Positions 27,284 to 35,157 of a stretch of DNA of 59,270 nucleotides are shown here, piece after piece. The stretch is from Thermotogota bacterium (GTDB taxonomy: Bacteria; Bipolaricaulota; Bipolaricaulia; UBA7950; UBA9294). Position numbers and translations under genes: made by a program. The DNA lies in NCBI GenBank assembly GCA_039679545.1, contig JBDKUT010000021.1, forward strand, positions 1-59,270, written 5' to 3'. The notes under the pieces are model-generated. The model was not told the origin of the DNA. It was given only the letters and a program-made list of their open reading frames with translations, and made no database searches. Position 1 is the stretch's first letter. Every line of letters begins with the position of its first letter.

Positions 27284-27625
27284 GGGCGAATGGCTCCGCC
27301 GCCGGAAAAGCATGCGGCTACGCTGTTCGCTTCGAGAATAGAGAGCGAATGACTCGTGTCGTTCGCTTTGAGGTAGTGACGGGCGAATGACTCGCCGCGT
27401 GGGGTCTGAGGCGCGGCTCGTTGATCGCCTTGAGATGGAAGAGGGCGAATGGCTCTGCCACTCGGGAAGCGGGCGGCTTCGCCGATCGCCTTGAGATAGA
27501 AGAGGGCGAATGACTCGCCGCGTGGGGATCTGAGGCGCGGCTCGTCGATCGCCTTGAGGCAGAAGAGGGCGAATAGCTCCGCCGCCGGGGGAAGTGGCGG
27601 CTACGCTGTTCGCTTCGAGAATAGA
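27284..27625 (+). repeat. six tandem 38-63 nt units, each starting with the first 13 nt of tRNA-Val
   Basis: Units start at 27284, 27343, 27381, 27443, 27504 and 27567. Each opens with GGGCGAAT(G/A)(G/A)CTC (GAGCGAAT in unit 2). Each then has a GC hairpin and a 3' segment that can pair with GGGCGAA. Confidence 0.9.
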
Positions 27626-27698
27626 GGGCGAATAGCTCAGCTGGGAGAGCATTCGGGTCACATCCGAAAGGCCGCAGGTTCGAGCCCTGCTTCGCCCA
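27626..27698 (+). tRNA. tRNA-Val (anticodon CAC)
   Basis: GGGCGAATAGCTCAGCTGGGAGAGCATTCGGGTCACATCCGAAAGGCCGCAGGTTCGAGCCCTGCTTCGCCCA. All four stems pair. The anticodon loop is GUCACAU. Confidence 0.95.
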
Positions 27699-27706
27699 CA
27701 GAACAG

Positions 27707-27736
27707 GAAGGCGAGCGACGCTCGCCTTCTTTGCTT
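27707..27736 (+). terminator. intrinsic terminator after tRNA-Val
   Basis: The stem GAAGGCGAG/CTCGCCTTC (9 bp, 5-nt loop) is followed by TTTGCTT. Confidence 0.6.
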
Positions 27737-27757
27737 CGTAGGGAGGATGGACGTGGG

Positions 27758-28792
27758 ATGACGTCGCTGGTTACCGGTGGGAGCGGATTCATCGGAGCGA
27801 ACGTGGTTCGCGCACTCCTTCGCGCCGGTGATGAGGTTCGCGTGCTGGTCCGCCCGGACTCCGACCTCTCGAACATCGCGGGACTACCCGTCCATGTCGT
27901 GGAAGGTGACCTGCGGGACCGAGATTCGCTCCGCGTCGCGGCGCGGTCGTGCGAGCGAGTCTTTCACGTCGGCGCGCTCTACTCGTTTTGGGTTCGCGAC
28001 CCGGACTTGGTCTACGAAGTGAACGTCGAGGGAACGCGAAACCTGCTCGACGCGGTGGAGGAGGCGGGGGCAAAGCGGATCGTCGTCACGAGCTCCGTTG
28101 CCGCGCTCGCGGTGCCGCGGAAGGGTGAGGTCGTCACCGAGGGAACGCCCGCGAATCCGAGCCGCATCGTCGGCGCGTACAAGCGCAGCAAGTACCTTTC
28201 CGAACAGGTGGCCCTCGAGGCCGCAGGACGTGGACTTCCCGTGGTCGTCGTGAACCCGTCCTTCCCCGTGGGACCGTGGGACGTAAAGCCAACGCCGACA
28301 GGCCGGGTGATCGTCGACTTCCTGAACCGGCGCATGCCGGCGTACATTGAGACCGGGATGAACGTGGTCGCCGTCGAGGACGTCGCCGAAGGTCATCTTC
28401 TCGCCGCGGAGCGGGGACGAATCGGCGAGCGGTACATCCTCGGCGGCGAGAACGTGACGATGAGACGACTGCTTGAACTCCTGGCGCAGCTGACCGGACT
28501 CCCGGCGCCGACGGTTCGCGTTCCGTACCGGCCGATCCTCGCCCTCTCCTACGTGAATGCGCTCGCGTGCCGCGTGACGGGGACGACGCCGCGGATGACG
28601 CCGGACACGATCCGGATGTCGCACCACGCCATGTACTACGACCCGGCGAAGGCGCGCCGTGAGTTGGGGCTTCCCTCGACCCCCATCGAGGAAGCCCTAC
28701 GCCGCGCCGTCGATTGGTTCGCCGCGCACGGCTACGTCAAGAGTCGGATGAAACCTCAGCAGGGCCCACGGCCGCAACCCTCCCCGAGATGA
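27758..28792 (+). CDS. SDR-family NAD-dependent epimerase/dehydratase (HpnA / dihydroflavonol-reductase-like)
   Basis: VTGGSGFIGANVVRALL (Rossmann GxxGxxG) and YKRSK (YxxxK). ATG at 27758 is preceded by GGGAGGA. Confidence 0.85.
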   Translation: MTSLVTGGSGFIGANVVRALLRAGDEVRVLVRPDSDLSNIAGLPVHVVEGDLRDRDSLRVAARSCERVFHVGALYSFWVRDPDLVYEVNVEGTRNLLDAVEEAGAKRIVVTSSVAALAVPRKGEVVTEGTPANPSRIVGAYKRSKYLSEQVALEAAGRGLPVVVVNPSFPVGPWDVKPTPTGRVIVDFLNRRMPAYIETGMNVVAVEDVAEGHLLAAERGRIGERYILGGENVTMRRLLELLAQLTGLPAPTVRVPYRPILALSYVNALACRVTGTTPRMTPDTIRMSHHAMYYDPAKARRELGLPSTPIEEALRRAVDWFAAHGYVKSRMKPQQGPRPQPSPR

Positions 28793-29849
28793 GGAGGTCG
28801 CCGTCGATCTGCTCCGTCGTCACATCGACGAGCCGCACGGCGTCCGCAACATGATCGACGCCGAGACCTCCGATTGCTGGCACGGCATTTCGACCTCCGA
28901 TCAGGAGGGGCGCAACGAAGAACGAGACGCGGTCGACGAGGCCGGCGGCGAGGAACGAGGCGGCCGTCTCGCTCCCTCCCTCGACCAGAATCGAGTCGAG
29001 ACCAGCCTCACCGACGCGGCGGACGAGAAGCGGAAGGTCTACGCCGCCCTCCACGGAGGGGATCTCCCATACGCGGCACCCGGCTTGTTCGAGGGCCGAT
29101 CGCCGCTCGGGCGGCACCGCGGCCGCGGCGACGATCGGCGAGAGCCCGGTCCCGAGGAGACGCGCAGCGAGCGGGAGACGGCCGTAGGCGTCAAGGACGA
29201 TGGGCGTGGGGCTTCGCCCGAAGACGTGGCGTACATCAAGGCGGGGGTCATCGGAGAGCACCGTGCCGATGCCGACGAGAATCGCCGCGTTGCGACGACG
29301 GAGTCGGTGGGCGCGGACGCGGGACGCCTCGCCGCTGATCCAACGGGCGTCGCCGGTCTTCGTCGCGATGCGCCCGTCGAGGCTTGTGGCGAGCTTCAGG
29401 TGGACGAACGGGAGCCCCGTCGTGATGTACTTCCGGAAGATCTCGGTCTGCCGGAGCGCCGCCTCGGCGAGAACTCCCTCCGTGACCTCGATCCCCGCCT
29501 CGCGCAGCGTCGCGAGACCGCGCCCGGAGATGATCGGGTTCGGGTCAGGGGTCGCCGCAACAACGCGGCGGATGCCGGACGCGAGGATTCGGTCCGTGCA
29601 TGGCGGGGTTTTTCCGTAGTGGCAGCACGGTTCGAGTGTGACGTAGAGGGTGGCGCCGCGGGCCGAATTCCCGGCCTCGTCGAGCGCGTGGATCTCGGCG
29701 TGGGGGCCGCCGAAGCAACGATGATAGCCGCGGCCGACGACGTGGCCGTTGTGGACGACGACTGCTCCAACGAGGGGGTTTGGGTTGACGTCCCCTTCTC
29801 CGAGCTCCGCCAGGTCAAGGGCGAGCTGCATCCACTCCTGATCGGTCAC
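28737..29849 (-). CDS. ribD: bifunctional riboflavin biosynthesis protein RibD (deaminase/reductase)
   Basis: HAEIHAL and PCCHYGKTPPC (CDA zinc motifs), with a C-terminal RibD_C-type reductase domain. The GTG start overlaps the rpe stop. Confidence 0.93.
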   Translation of the reverse strand: MTDQEWMQLALDLAELGEGDVNPNPLVGAVVVHNGHVVGRGYHRCFGGPHAEIHALDEAGNSARGATLYVTLEPCCHYGKTPPCTDRILASGIRRVVAATPDPNPIISGRGLATLREAGIEVTEGVLAEAALRQTEIFRKYITTGLPFVHLKLATSLDGRIATKTGDARWISGEASRVRAHRLRRRNAAILVGIGTVLSDDPRLDVRHVFGRSPTPIVLDAYGRLPLAARLLGTGLSPIVAAAAVPPERRSALEQAGCRVWEIPSVEGGVDLPLLVRRVGEAGLDSILVEGGSETAASFLAAGLVDRVSFFVAPLLIGGRNAVPAIGGLGVDHVADAVRLVDVTTEQIDGDLLISGRVAAVGPAEVSSDS

Positions 29850-30487
29850 TGTGCCGCCTCAAGCAGTTGTCGCATGGCGGCGAGCCGGTCCGAAGCGCCG
29901 AACACCGCGGAGCCGGCGATGATGACGTCCGCGCCGGCGCGAACGACGTCGCGGACGTTTCCGGCATGGATTCCGCCGTCGACGGCGATCTCGATCGGCC
30001 GCTTGCCGATTCGCTTGGCGAGGCCGCGGATGCGGGCAAGGGAATCAGGGAGAAAGGACTGGCCGCCGAACCCGGGTTCTACGCTCATGACGAGGACCAT
30101 CGAGACACGGTCGAGGTACGGTTCCAGCCGAGCGATGGGGGTCACCGGGCGGAGTGAGATGCCGGCGTGCGCCGGCGTGGAACGGACCGCGTCGAGGGCG
30201 CGGTCGGCGCCGCCCGGCGACTCGACGTGGACGATGATCGTATCGTCGGGCCTCACGTTGAACTGCGGTGCGTACTCATCGGGATGGTCGATCATCAGGT
30301 GGATGACGAACGGGAAGTCAACCCTCTTCCGGAGCGCGTTGACGACTGGGGGGCCAAACGTGAGATTTGAGACGAAGTGGCCGTCCATGACGTCCCAGTG
30401 AAGGCTCGACGCGAGCGGCGCAACGGACATCGCTTCGCGGTAGAGGTCCGCGAAATCGGAGGCGAGCAGAGAAGGAGAGAGCTTCAT
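29846..30487 (-). CDS. rpe: ribulose-phosphate 3-epimerase
   Basis: SPSLLASDF, HWDVMDGHFV, MSVEPGFGGQSF, VDGGI. The rest of track ORF 29846..31138 is shadow. Confidence 0.93.
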   Translation of the reverse strand: MKLSPSLLASDFADLYREAMSVAPLASSLHWDVMDGHFVSNLTFGPPVVNALRKRVDFPFVIHLMIDHPDEYAPQFNVRPDDTIIVHVESPGGADRALDAVRSTPAHAGISLRPVTPIARLEPYLDRVSMVLVMSVEPGFGGQSFLPDSLARIRGLAKRIGKRPIEIAVDGGIHAGNVRDVVRAGADVIIAGSAVFGASDRLAAMRQLLEAAQ

Positions 30488-31155
30488 CGACGGCGGTTCG
30501 CGATCAAGATGAACCTGAGGAGCTGGAGTGCGGCCATCGCCGCGGCCGCGACGTACGTCAGAGCCGCTGCGGAGAGAACCTGCTTTACGGCGCCCAGTTC
30601 CTCGGTTGTGACGACCCCCGACTCTTCGAGGGCATGAACGGCGCGGCGGCTGGCGTTGAACTCGACCGGCAGCGTAACGAACGTGAAGAGGACGCTGGCC
30701 GAGAAGAGGATGATGCCGATCGTGATGAGCATCGGAACCTGCGTGAAGAGGCCGAGGAGGAAGATCGGGAAGGCAAGGAAGGAGCCGAAGTTGGCGACCG
30801 GGACGAGCGTCGACCGAAGCGCGAGCGGCGCGTACTTCTTGGCGTGCTGGATGGCGTGTCCGGCCTCGTGAGCAGCGACGCCGATCGCGGCGACGGAGCT
30901 CGACTGAGGAGCGGACAGGCGCAGCACCTTCTTCCGCGGGTCGTAGTGATCGCCGAGCTTCCGGTCGATGGACTCGATACTGACATCCTGGATGTACTCG
31001 GCGTTGAGAATGCGACGCGCGACCTCCTCGGCCGTCGTACGTCGCGCGACGTCGACCGTCGCATAGCGGCTGTAGGTCGACTGGACCTTCCACTGAGCGT
31101 ACACCGCGAGGGCCATCGCTGGGACCAGCATGAGCCACGTCGCATCGAAGTACAT
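30484..31155 (-). CDS. zinc metallopeptidase, YugP/Zn_peptidase_2 family (membrane)
   Basis: MYFDATWLML..., HEAGHAIQH (HExxH), C-terminal TM segments. ATGA overlap with rpe. Confidence 0.8.
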   Translation of the reverse strand: MYFDATWLMLVPAMALAVYAQWKVQSTYSRYATVDVARRTTAEEVARRILNAEYIQDVSIESIDRKLGDHYDPRKKVLRLSAPQSSSVAAIGVAAHEAGHAIQHAKKYAPLALRSTLVPVANFGSFLAFPIFLLGLFTQVPMLITIGIILFSASVLFTFVTLPVEFNASRRAVHALEESGVVTTEELGAVKQVLSAAALTYVAAAAMAALQLLRFILIANRRR

Positions 31156-31260
31156 CCGAACCGCCTCCTCGTCCTTTCGAGAGCGAAGTATAAGGGTGCC
31201 CTGAGCGAGCAGCAAGCGCGGCGGCGACGGCGTCTCAGCCTTGGAGTCGAGGTCGACCCG

Positions 31261-31608
31261 TGAAGGAGAGAGGGTCGATAAGCCGGATTCTGTCGCGGGG
31301 AGACATTCATCTAGGCGGCCTACCCGAAGGCTTGAGCGGGCAGCTCTCGAGCGCCTTCTTACTTGGCCTTGCTCCGACCAGGGTTTACCGAGCCGGTCCG
31401 GTCGCCCGGGCCGCTGGTGGTCTCTTACACCACCGTTTCACCCTTGCCTGTGCCCGCGCGAGGCGGGCCATCGGCGGTCTGCTCTCTGTTGCACTTTCCC
31501 AAGGTCGCCCCTGCTGAGATCTCCTCAGTGGTCTGCCCTGTGGAGTCCGGACTTTCCTCCAGGCGCCGGGGAACCCGACGCCCGGCGTCTCCCTGACCCT
31601 CTCTCCTA
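31261..31608 (-). ncRNA. rnpB: RNase P RNA, bacterial type A
   Basis: The reverse complement contains GGAGGAAAGTCCGGACTCCACAGGGCA, GGTGAAACGGTGGTGTAAGAGACCACCAG, GGTAAACCC and ACAGAATCCGGCTTAT. The P1 stem is GGAGAGAGGGTC (31606..31595) paired with GACCCTCTCTCC (31276..31265). Confidence 0.93.
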
Positions 31609-32316
31609 ATGCTGGCGACGGAAGCCGCAACGACTGCAGGAGTATACCTTGCCCCGCGTGCGGGAGAAGCCCCGCGGACGAGCGGCGCGCAGGATGCGGC
31701 CGCAGCGCGGACACACGCGGCGGTGGATGAGAACGACGAGGACCGCCGTCCCGGCGGCGACCAGGAGAATCGACACCACGGGGGACAAGCCGTGCGCCCG
31801 CACGGAGGCGGGCTTCTTCGCTGGGGCGATCTTCACCGGGCGCTTGATTTCGTCCAAGCCGTCGAACAGGGCAAGCATCGCCTCCTCGACGCGCTTGTGC
31901 AGGATGAAGTCTGCCATGCGTCGCTCGAGGCTGTCGGCAATCGCACCATATTGTGTCCGAACCGCCGCGCTTGCGACGACGCTCGCCGACCATTCGCTGC
32001 CGGTCCGCAGAAAGACGGCGAGGATGGATCGGCCAGACCCGAGGCCCCAGGCCGAGAACACGGCGCTTGCGAAGCTGTCGACATCAGGTTGGGAGCTCTC
32101 CCAGCTCGCGAGGATGTAGACCTTCACTCCAAGAGTCCTGTCGGTTTGCGCGATGCGGGCGTTGATCTCCTCGCGTCCGCTGCTGTTCAGAACCGCGCCG
32201 TAGTCCGAGAGCTGTCCGATCGGGCGCGGCAGTCCGCTCTGGGCAACGGAAGACATGGAGAGCGCGGCCAGGATCAGTCCGAGGAGAGATAGAGTACGCG
32301 TGAGCAGTGTTCGCAC
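31606..32316 (-). CDS. TPM-domain (TLP18.3/Psb32/MOLO-1) protein with C-terminal TM segment and zinc-ribbon
   Basis: GTG start and signal peptide. YGAVLNSSGREEINARI...VKVYIL is typical of the TPM phosphatase fold. The C-terminus carries CPRCG...CSRCG. Confidence 0.7.
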   Translation of the reverse strand: MRTLLTRTLSLLGLILAALSMSSVAQSGLPRPIGQLSDYGAVLNSSGREEINARIAQTDRTLGVKVYILASWESSQPDVDSFASAVFSAWGLGSGRSILAVFLRTGSEWSASVVASAAVRTQYGAIADSLERRMADFILHKRVEEAMLALFDGLDEIKRPVKIAPAKKPASVRAHGLSPVVSILLVAAGTAVLVVLIHRRVCPRCGRILRAARPRGFSRTRGKVYSCSRCGFRRQH

Positions 32317-32981
32317 GTGACGATCCCCATGCCTCCGCGCACCCGCTCTGCGGTGTTGCCGCTCACACGGAGCTTGCAGCCGCCGCAGGTTCCGTGATCC
32401 AGGACGGCGATGGGGTTCGGGAACTTGGCGCGCAGGGCCTCGTACTGAGCGAAGAGGTAGGGGGGCGCCGCGGCAACGAGCCCCGCCCGCTCGGCCGTGA
32501 TGGCGGCGACCTGTGCGACGGCCGCCTCGATCTGGCGGTCGGCGTCTTGGATCTGAGCCCGCAGGACGTCTTCCTTTCCGCCGAGTTCGGACCGCGTGAC
32601 GACGAGAGCGCCGCGGGCACCCTCGAGCGAATCCATCCGTTCGAGCGCCTCGTCCTCAAGCTGGTTGATGCGCCCCTTCTCGATCTCGATTTTCGTCCGC
32701 AGGTCTTCCATCTCCTTGAACGAGATGATCCCCTCGTCCAGGCGCTTCTGGTACCCGCGGATGTTCATGTCGAGGTCGTCGACCTCGAGGTTCTTGGCGT
32801 GGCTTTCGACCTCCAGCTGTCGAAGGCGATCGGCGAGGGACGAGACGTGGGCGCGTTCCTGTTCGATTCGACTTTCCAGCTGCTGGCGGTGGGCGCGGAG
32901 GCGGTCGACGTGCGAGGAGGCTTCGTGGAGCGCTTGGTCGATGCGCTGGACGTTGAGTAGCTGCTGGATTTCGTTGAGCAC
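32274..32981 (-). CDS. coiled-coil C4 zinc-ribbon protein (COG1579/DUF164-like)
   Basis: A long heptad-rich N-terminus is followed by CGGCKLRV...CEHCSRVLY. Confidence 0.75.
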   Translation of the reverse strand: MLNEIQQLLNVQRIDQALHEASSHVDRLRAHRQQLESRIEQERAHVSSLADRLRQLEVESHAKNLEVDDLDMNIRGYQKRLDEGIISFKEMEDLRTKIEIEKGRINQLEDEALERMDSLEGARGALVVTRSELGGKEDVLRAQIQDADRQIEAAVAQVAAITAERAGLVAAAPPYLFAQYEALRAKFPNPIAVLDHGTCGGCKLRVSGNTAERVRGGMGIVTCEHCSRVLYLSSD

Positions 32982-33057
32982 GGTCCCCCTCGCGATGCGA
33001 TCGGTCTCTTGCCGACTATACGGGGCGGCGGGGGGGCGCGCAAGAGACGCTTGTCCC

Positions 33058-33387
33058 CTAGAGACCGAGCATTCCCGGCATTCCCCCCATGCCCTGGGTG
33101 AGGGGGCCGAGCTTCTCCTGGGTGACTTCTTGGGCCTTTCGTTGCGCCTCTTGGACGGCGGCCACGACGAGATCGACGAGCATCTCGATGTCGTCGGGGT
33201 TGACGATCTCCTTCTCGAGCTTGAGCTTCTGCAGCTCCCCGCGGCCGTTCACCGTGGCGGTCACCATTCCGCCCCCCGCGGTTGCCTCCACCTTCAACTG
33301 AGCGATCTCAGCCTGAGCGCGCTCGAGGTCCTCCTGCAGCTTCTTCGCCTGCTTCATCAGGTTCCCGAGGTTGGCCAGGTTGCCCAT
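33058..33387 (-). CDS. ybaB: nucleoid-associated protein YbaB/EbfC
   Basis: MGNLANLGNLMKQAKKLQEDLERAQAEI...GGGMVTATVNGRGEL. Confidence 0.92.
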   Translation of the reverse strand: MGNLANLGNLMKQAKKLQEDLERAQAEIAQLKVEATAGGGMVTATVNGRGELQKLKLEKEIVNPDDIEMLVDLVVAAVQEAQRKAQEVTQEKLGPLTQGMGGMPGMLGL

Positions 33388-33392
33388 TCCTT

Positions 33393-35021
33393 TCACAGTG
33401 CCTCCTTCACGATCTTCCCGTCGAACACCTCGCACACGAGCCGGGCCTTCTCGAGGAGAACGTCCCGAGGAAGAGGTTTGCGAATGACGTTTTCATCGTA
33501 CTGAACCTCCACGTGGAACGCGTCTCCGAAGATCCTGCGCACCGTCCCGGCAAGGTACTGGAGGTTCTCGTGCTTCTCGAGGCTCTCCTTGTGGAAGGTG
33601 TGGTCGGGGTGAAATGACAGAACGAGGCGGGAGCCGTCGATGGACGGGGTCGCCTCCGTCAAGTACGCCGCAATGGCGATGCGATCCTTCTCGACCTCAC
33701 TAAGCATGGCAGTCCAGCGGGCCTCCAATTCCGGAGGAAGCACGGGGGCGCTCTTGGGTTTCTCAATCGGAGCGGCAGACGCTGCCCGAGAGGCGGGTCG
33801 TGCGTTGGGTTTGGCCTCGGGTGAGGGTTGGGAAGGTGTCTCCGCTTCGGTCGGCAATGCGCTTCGTGAAGGCTTTTGCGAGACTTCCCCCACGATGGTC
33901 TGCGGCGCTCTGGGGGATGTCTTTGCCTCGTGGGCCGACCGGGCGTGAGGGGCCGGAGCTTGTTTGGAAACTGGTTCGGACGGCGCCATCGACACGAGCA
34001 ACTCGGCGAGTCCGAGGGCGCCGATCTCCAGTCGGACCTGGCGATCGAGGGCCCGGAAGAGATCGGTCTTGATGTCCAGCAGGCCTTGCGCGACGCGAAC
34101 AGCCCGCGGCGCTTCGGTGCCTCCGAGAAGGACCCGGTCGCGGAGGAGTTGGATGACGTCGGCCAGGAAGAGGTCGAGGTCCTTGCCGCGCTCGACGAGG
34201 GCCTCGATCGTGGCAAGGATCGCGCTGCGGTCGCCGCCCTCGAGCGCCCGGATGAACGCCTCCTGCGTGTCCTGGCCTGCAAGGCCGAGCATGTCGAGGA
34301 CGGCGGCCTCCGTAACCGGTCCGACTTCGTGACTCGCCGCCTGTTCGAGCATGACCAGCGCGTCTCGCATCCCGCCGTTGGCACGGCGTGCGATCAGGTC
34401 GCACGCACCGTCCTCGAGGCCGATCTTCTCGGACTCGGCGACGCGGCGAACGTGGTCGCGGATCCTCTCGACCGGCAAACGCCGAAATTCGAACGCCTGG
34501 CACCGCGAGACGATCGTTCGGGGTAGCTTGTGGGGTTCTGTGGTGGCGAAAATGAACACCGCGTGGGCCGGTGGTTCCTCGAGCGTCTTCAGCAGGGCGT
34601 TGAAGGCTTCGTTCGTCAGCATGTGGACTTCGTCGATGATGTAGACCTTCATCTGCAGGTCGGATGGGACGAAGTTGACCTCCTCGCGCAGCTTGCGAAT
34701 GTGGTCGATGCCGCGGTTGGAGGCACCGTCAATCTCGACGATGTCGAGGGACCGGCCTGAAAGGATCGTGCGGCAGTTGGCACAAACGTTGCACGGCTCG
34801 CCCGACTTGGGTGCGAGGCAGTTGATCGCTCGTGCGAGGATGCGAGCGACCGACGTCTTCCCGACGCCCCGCTCCCCGGCGAAGAGGTAGGCATGCGCCG
34901 TCTCGTGAGCGGCAACAGCGTTGCGCAGAGTGCGGACCACATCCTCCTGTCCGACGACCTCGGCGAAAGTCTGCGACCGCCATCGACGGTACAAGGAGAG
35001 GTGGGGCGACGATTCCGTCAC
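33393..35021 (-). CDS. dnaX: DNA polymerase III subunit gamma/tau
   Basis: LYRRWRSQTFAEVVGQEDV, GERGVGKTS (Walker A), zinc module CLAPKSGEPCNVCANC, IIDEVHML. The GTG 35021 start was chosen because the longer track ORF runs through tRNA-Pro. Confidence 0.93.
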   Translation of the reverse strand: MTESSPHLSLYRRWRSQTFAEVVGQEDVVRTLRNAVAAHETAHAYLFAGERGVGKTSVARILARAINCLAPKSGEPCNVCANCRTILSGRSLDIVEIDGASNRGIDHIRKLREEVNFVPSDLQMKVYIIDEVHMLTNEAFNALLKTLEEPPAHAVFIFATTEPHKLPRTIVSRCQAFEFRRLPVERIRDHVRRVAESEKIGLEDGACDLIARRANGGMRDALVMLEQAASHEVGPVTEAAVLDMLGLAGQDTQEAFIRALEGGDRSAILATIEALVERGKDLDLFLADVIQLLRDRVLLGGTEAPRAVRVAQGLLDIKTDLFRALDRQVRLEIGALGLAELLVSMAPSEPVSKQAPAPHARSAHEAKTSPRAPQTIVGEVSQKPSRSALPTEAETPSQPSPEAKPNARPASRAASAAPIEKPKSAPVLPPELEARWTAMLSEVEKDRIAIAAYLTEATPSIDGSRLVLSFHPDHTFHKESLEKHENLQYLAGTVRRIFGDAFHVEVQYDENVIRKPLPRDVLLEKARLVCEVFDGKIVKEAL

Positions 35022-35043
35022 GGCAGAACCCCCTTCGATCAAC

Positions 35044-35117
35044 TCGGGGAGACTGGATTTGAACCAGCGACTTCCTGCTCCCAAAGCAGGCGCGCTACCA
35101 GGCTGCGCCACTCCCCG
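35044..35117 (-). tRNA. tRNA-Pro (anticodon UGG)
   Basis: The reverse complement reads CGGGGAGTGGCGCAGCCTGGTAGCGCGCCTGCTTTGGGAGCAGGAAGTCGCTGGTTCAAATCCAGTCTCCCCGA. It folds as a cloverleaf with anticodon loop UUUGGGA. Confidence 0.95.
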
Positions 35118-35128
35118 TACCCGGTGCG

Positions 35129-35157
35129 ATTATAGGGAGCCGGTTTGGGACGTTCAA
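35129..35157 (-). promoter_or_regulatory. putative sigma70 promoter of tRNA-Pro/dnaX (TTGAAC-17-TATAAT)
   Basis: On the minus strand, TATAAT lies 11 nt upstream of the tRNA 5' end. The -35 element overlaps the stop of the upstream VWA gene. Confidence 0.45.

Noticed and set aside
27284-27625. The possibility that the tandem repeats (here and at 11299-11533) are CRISPR arrays.
   Set aside because: The tRNA-Val units abut one another with no unique spacers, and each is anchored on the tRNA 5' sequence. The 90-nt family has ~55-nt cores with partly conserved linkers, outside the 23-47 nt range of CRISPR repeats. No cas genes are in the window.
27104-27661. A 185-aa minus-strand ORF, and the 5' extension of plus-strand ORF 27554.., across the tRNA-Val repeat array.
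   Set aside because: They run through the tandem repeats and the tRNA itself. The repetitive peptide merely mirrors the DNA repeat. The epimerase has a proper ATG and RBS at 27758.
28737-28792. A 56-nt convergent overlap between the epimerase and ribD 3' ends, as a possible antisense regulatory arrangement.
   Set aside because: It is more likely that one C-terminal tail is over-extended: the epimerase ends in a Pro/Gln-rich tail with no homology expectation. There is no evidence for regulation.
33393-35021. A programmed frameshift or transcriptional slippage site in dnaX (gamma versus tau).
   Set aside because: I saw no A-rich slippery heptamer and no poly-A run (no T-run longer than 4 on the plus strand) in the gene, so the claim has no support.
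35022-35111. An N-terminal extension of dnaX (track ORF start at 35111).
   Set aside because: The extension is the reverse-strand reading of tRNA-Pro. Homology to DnaX begins at LYRRWRSQTF, just after GTG 35021.
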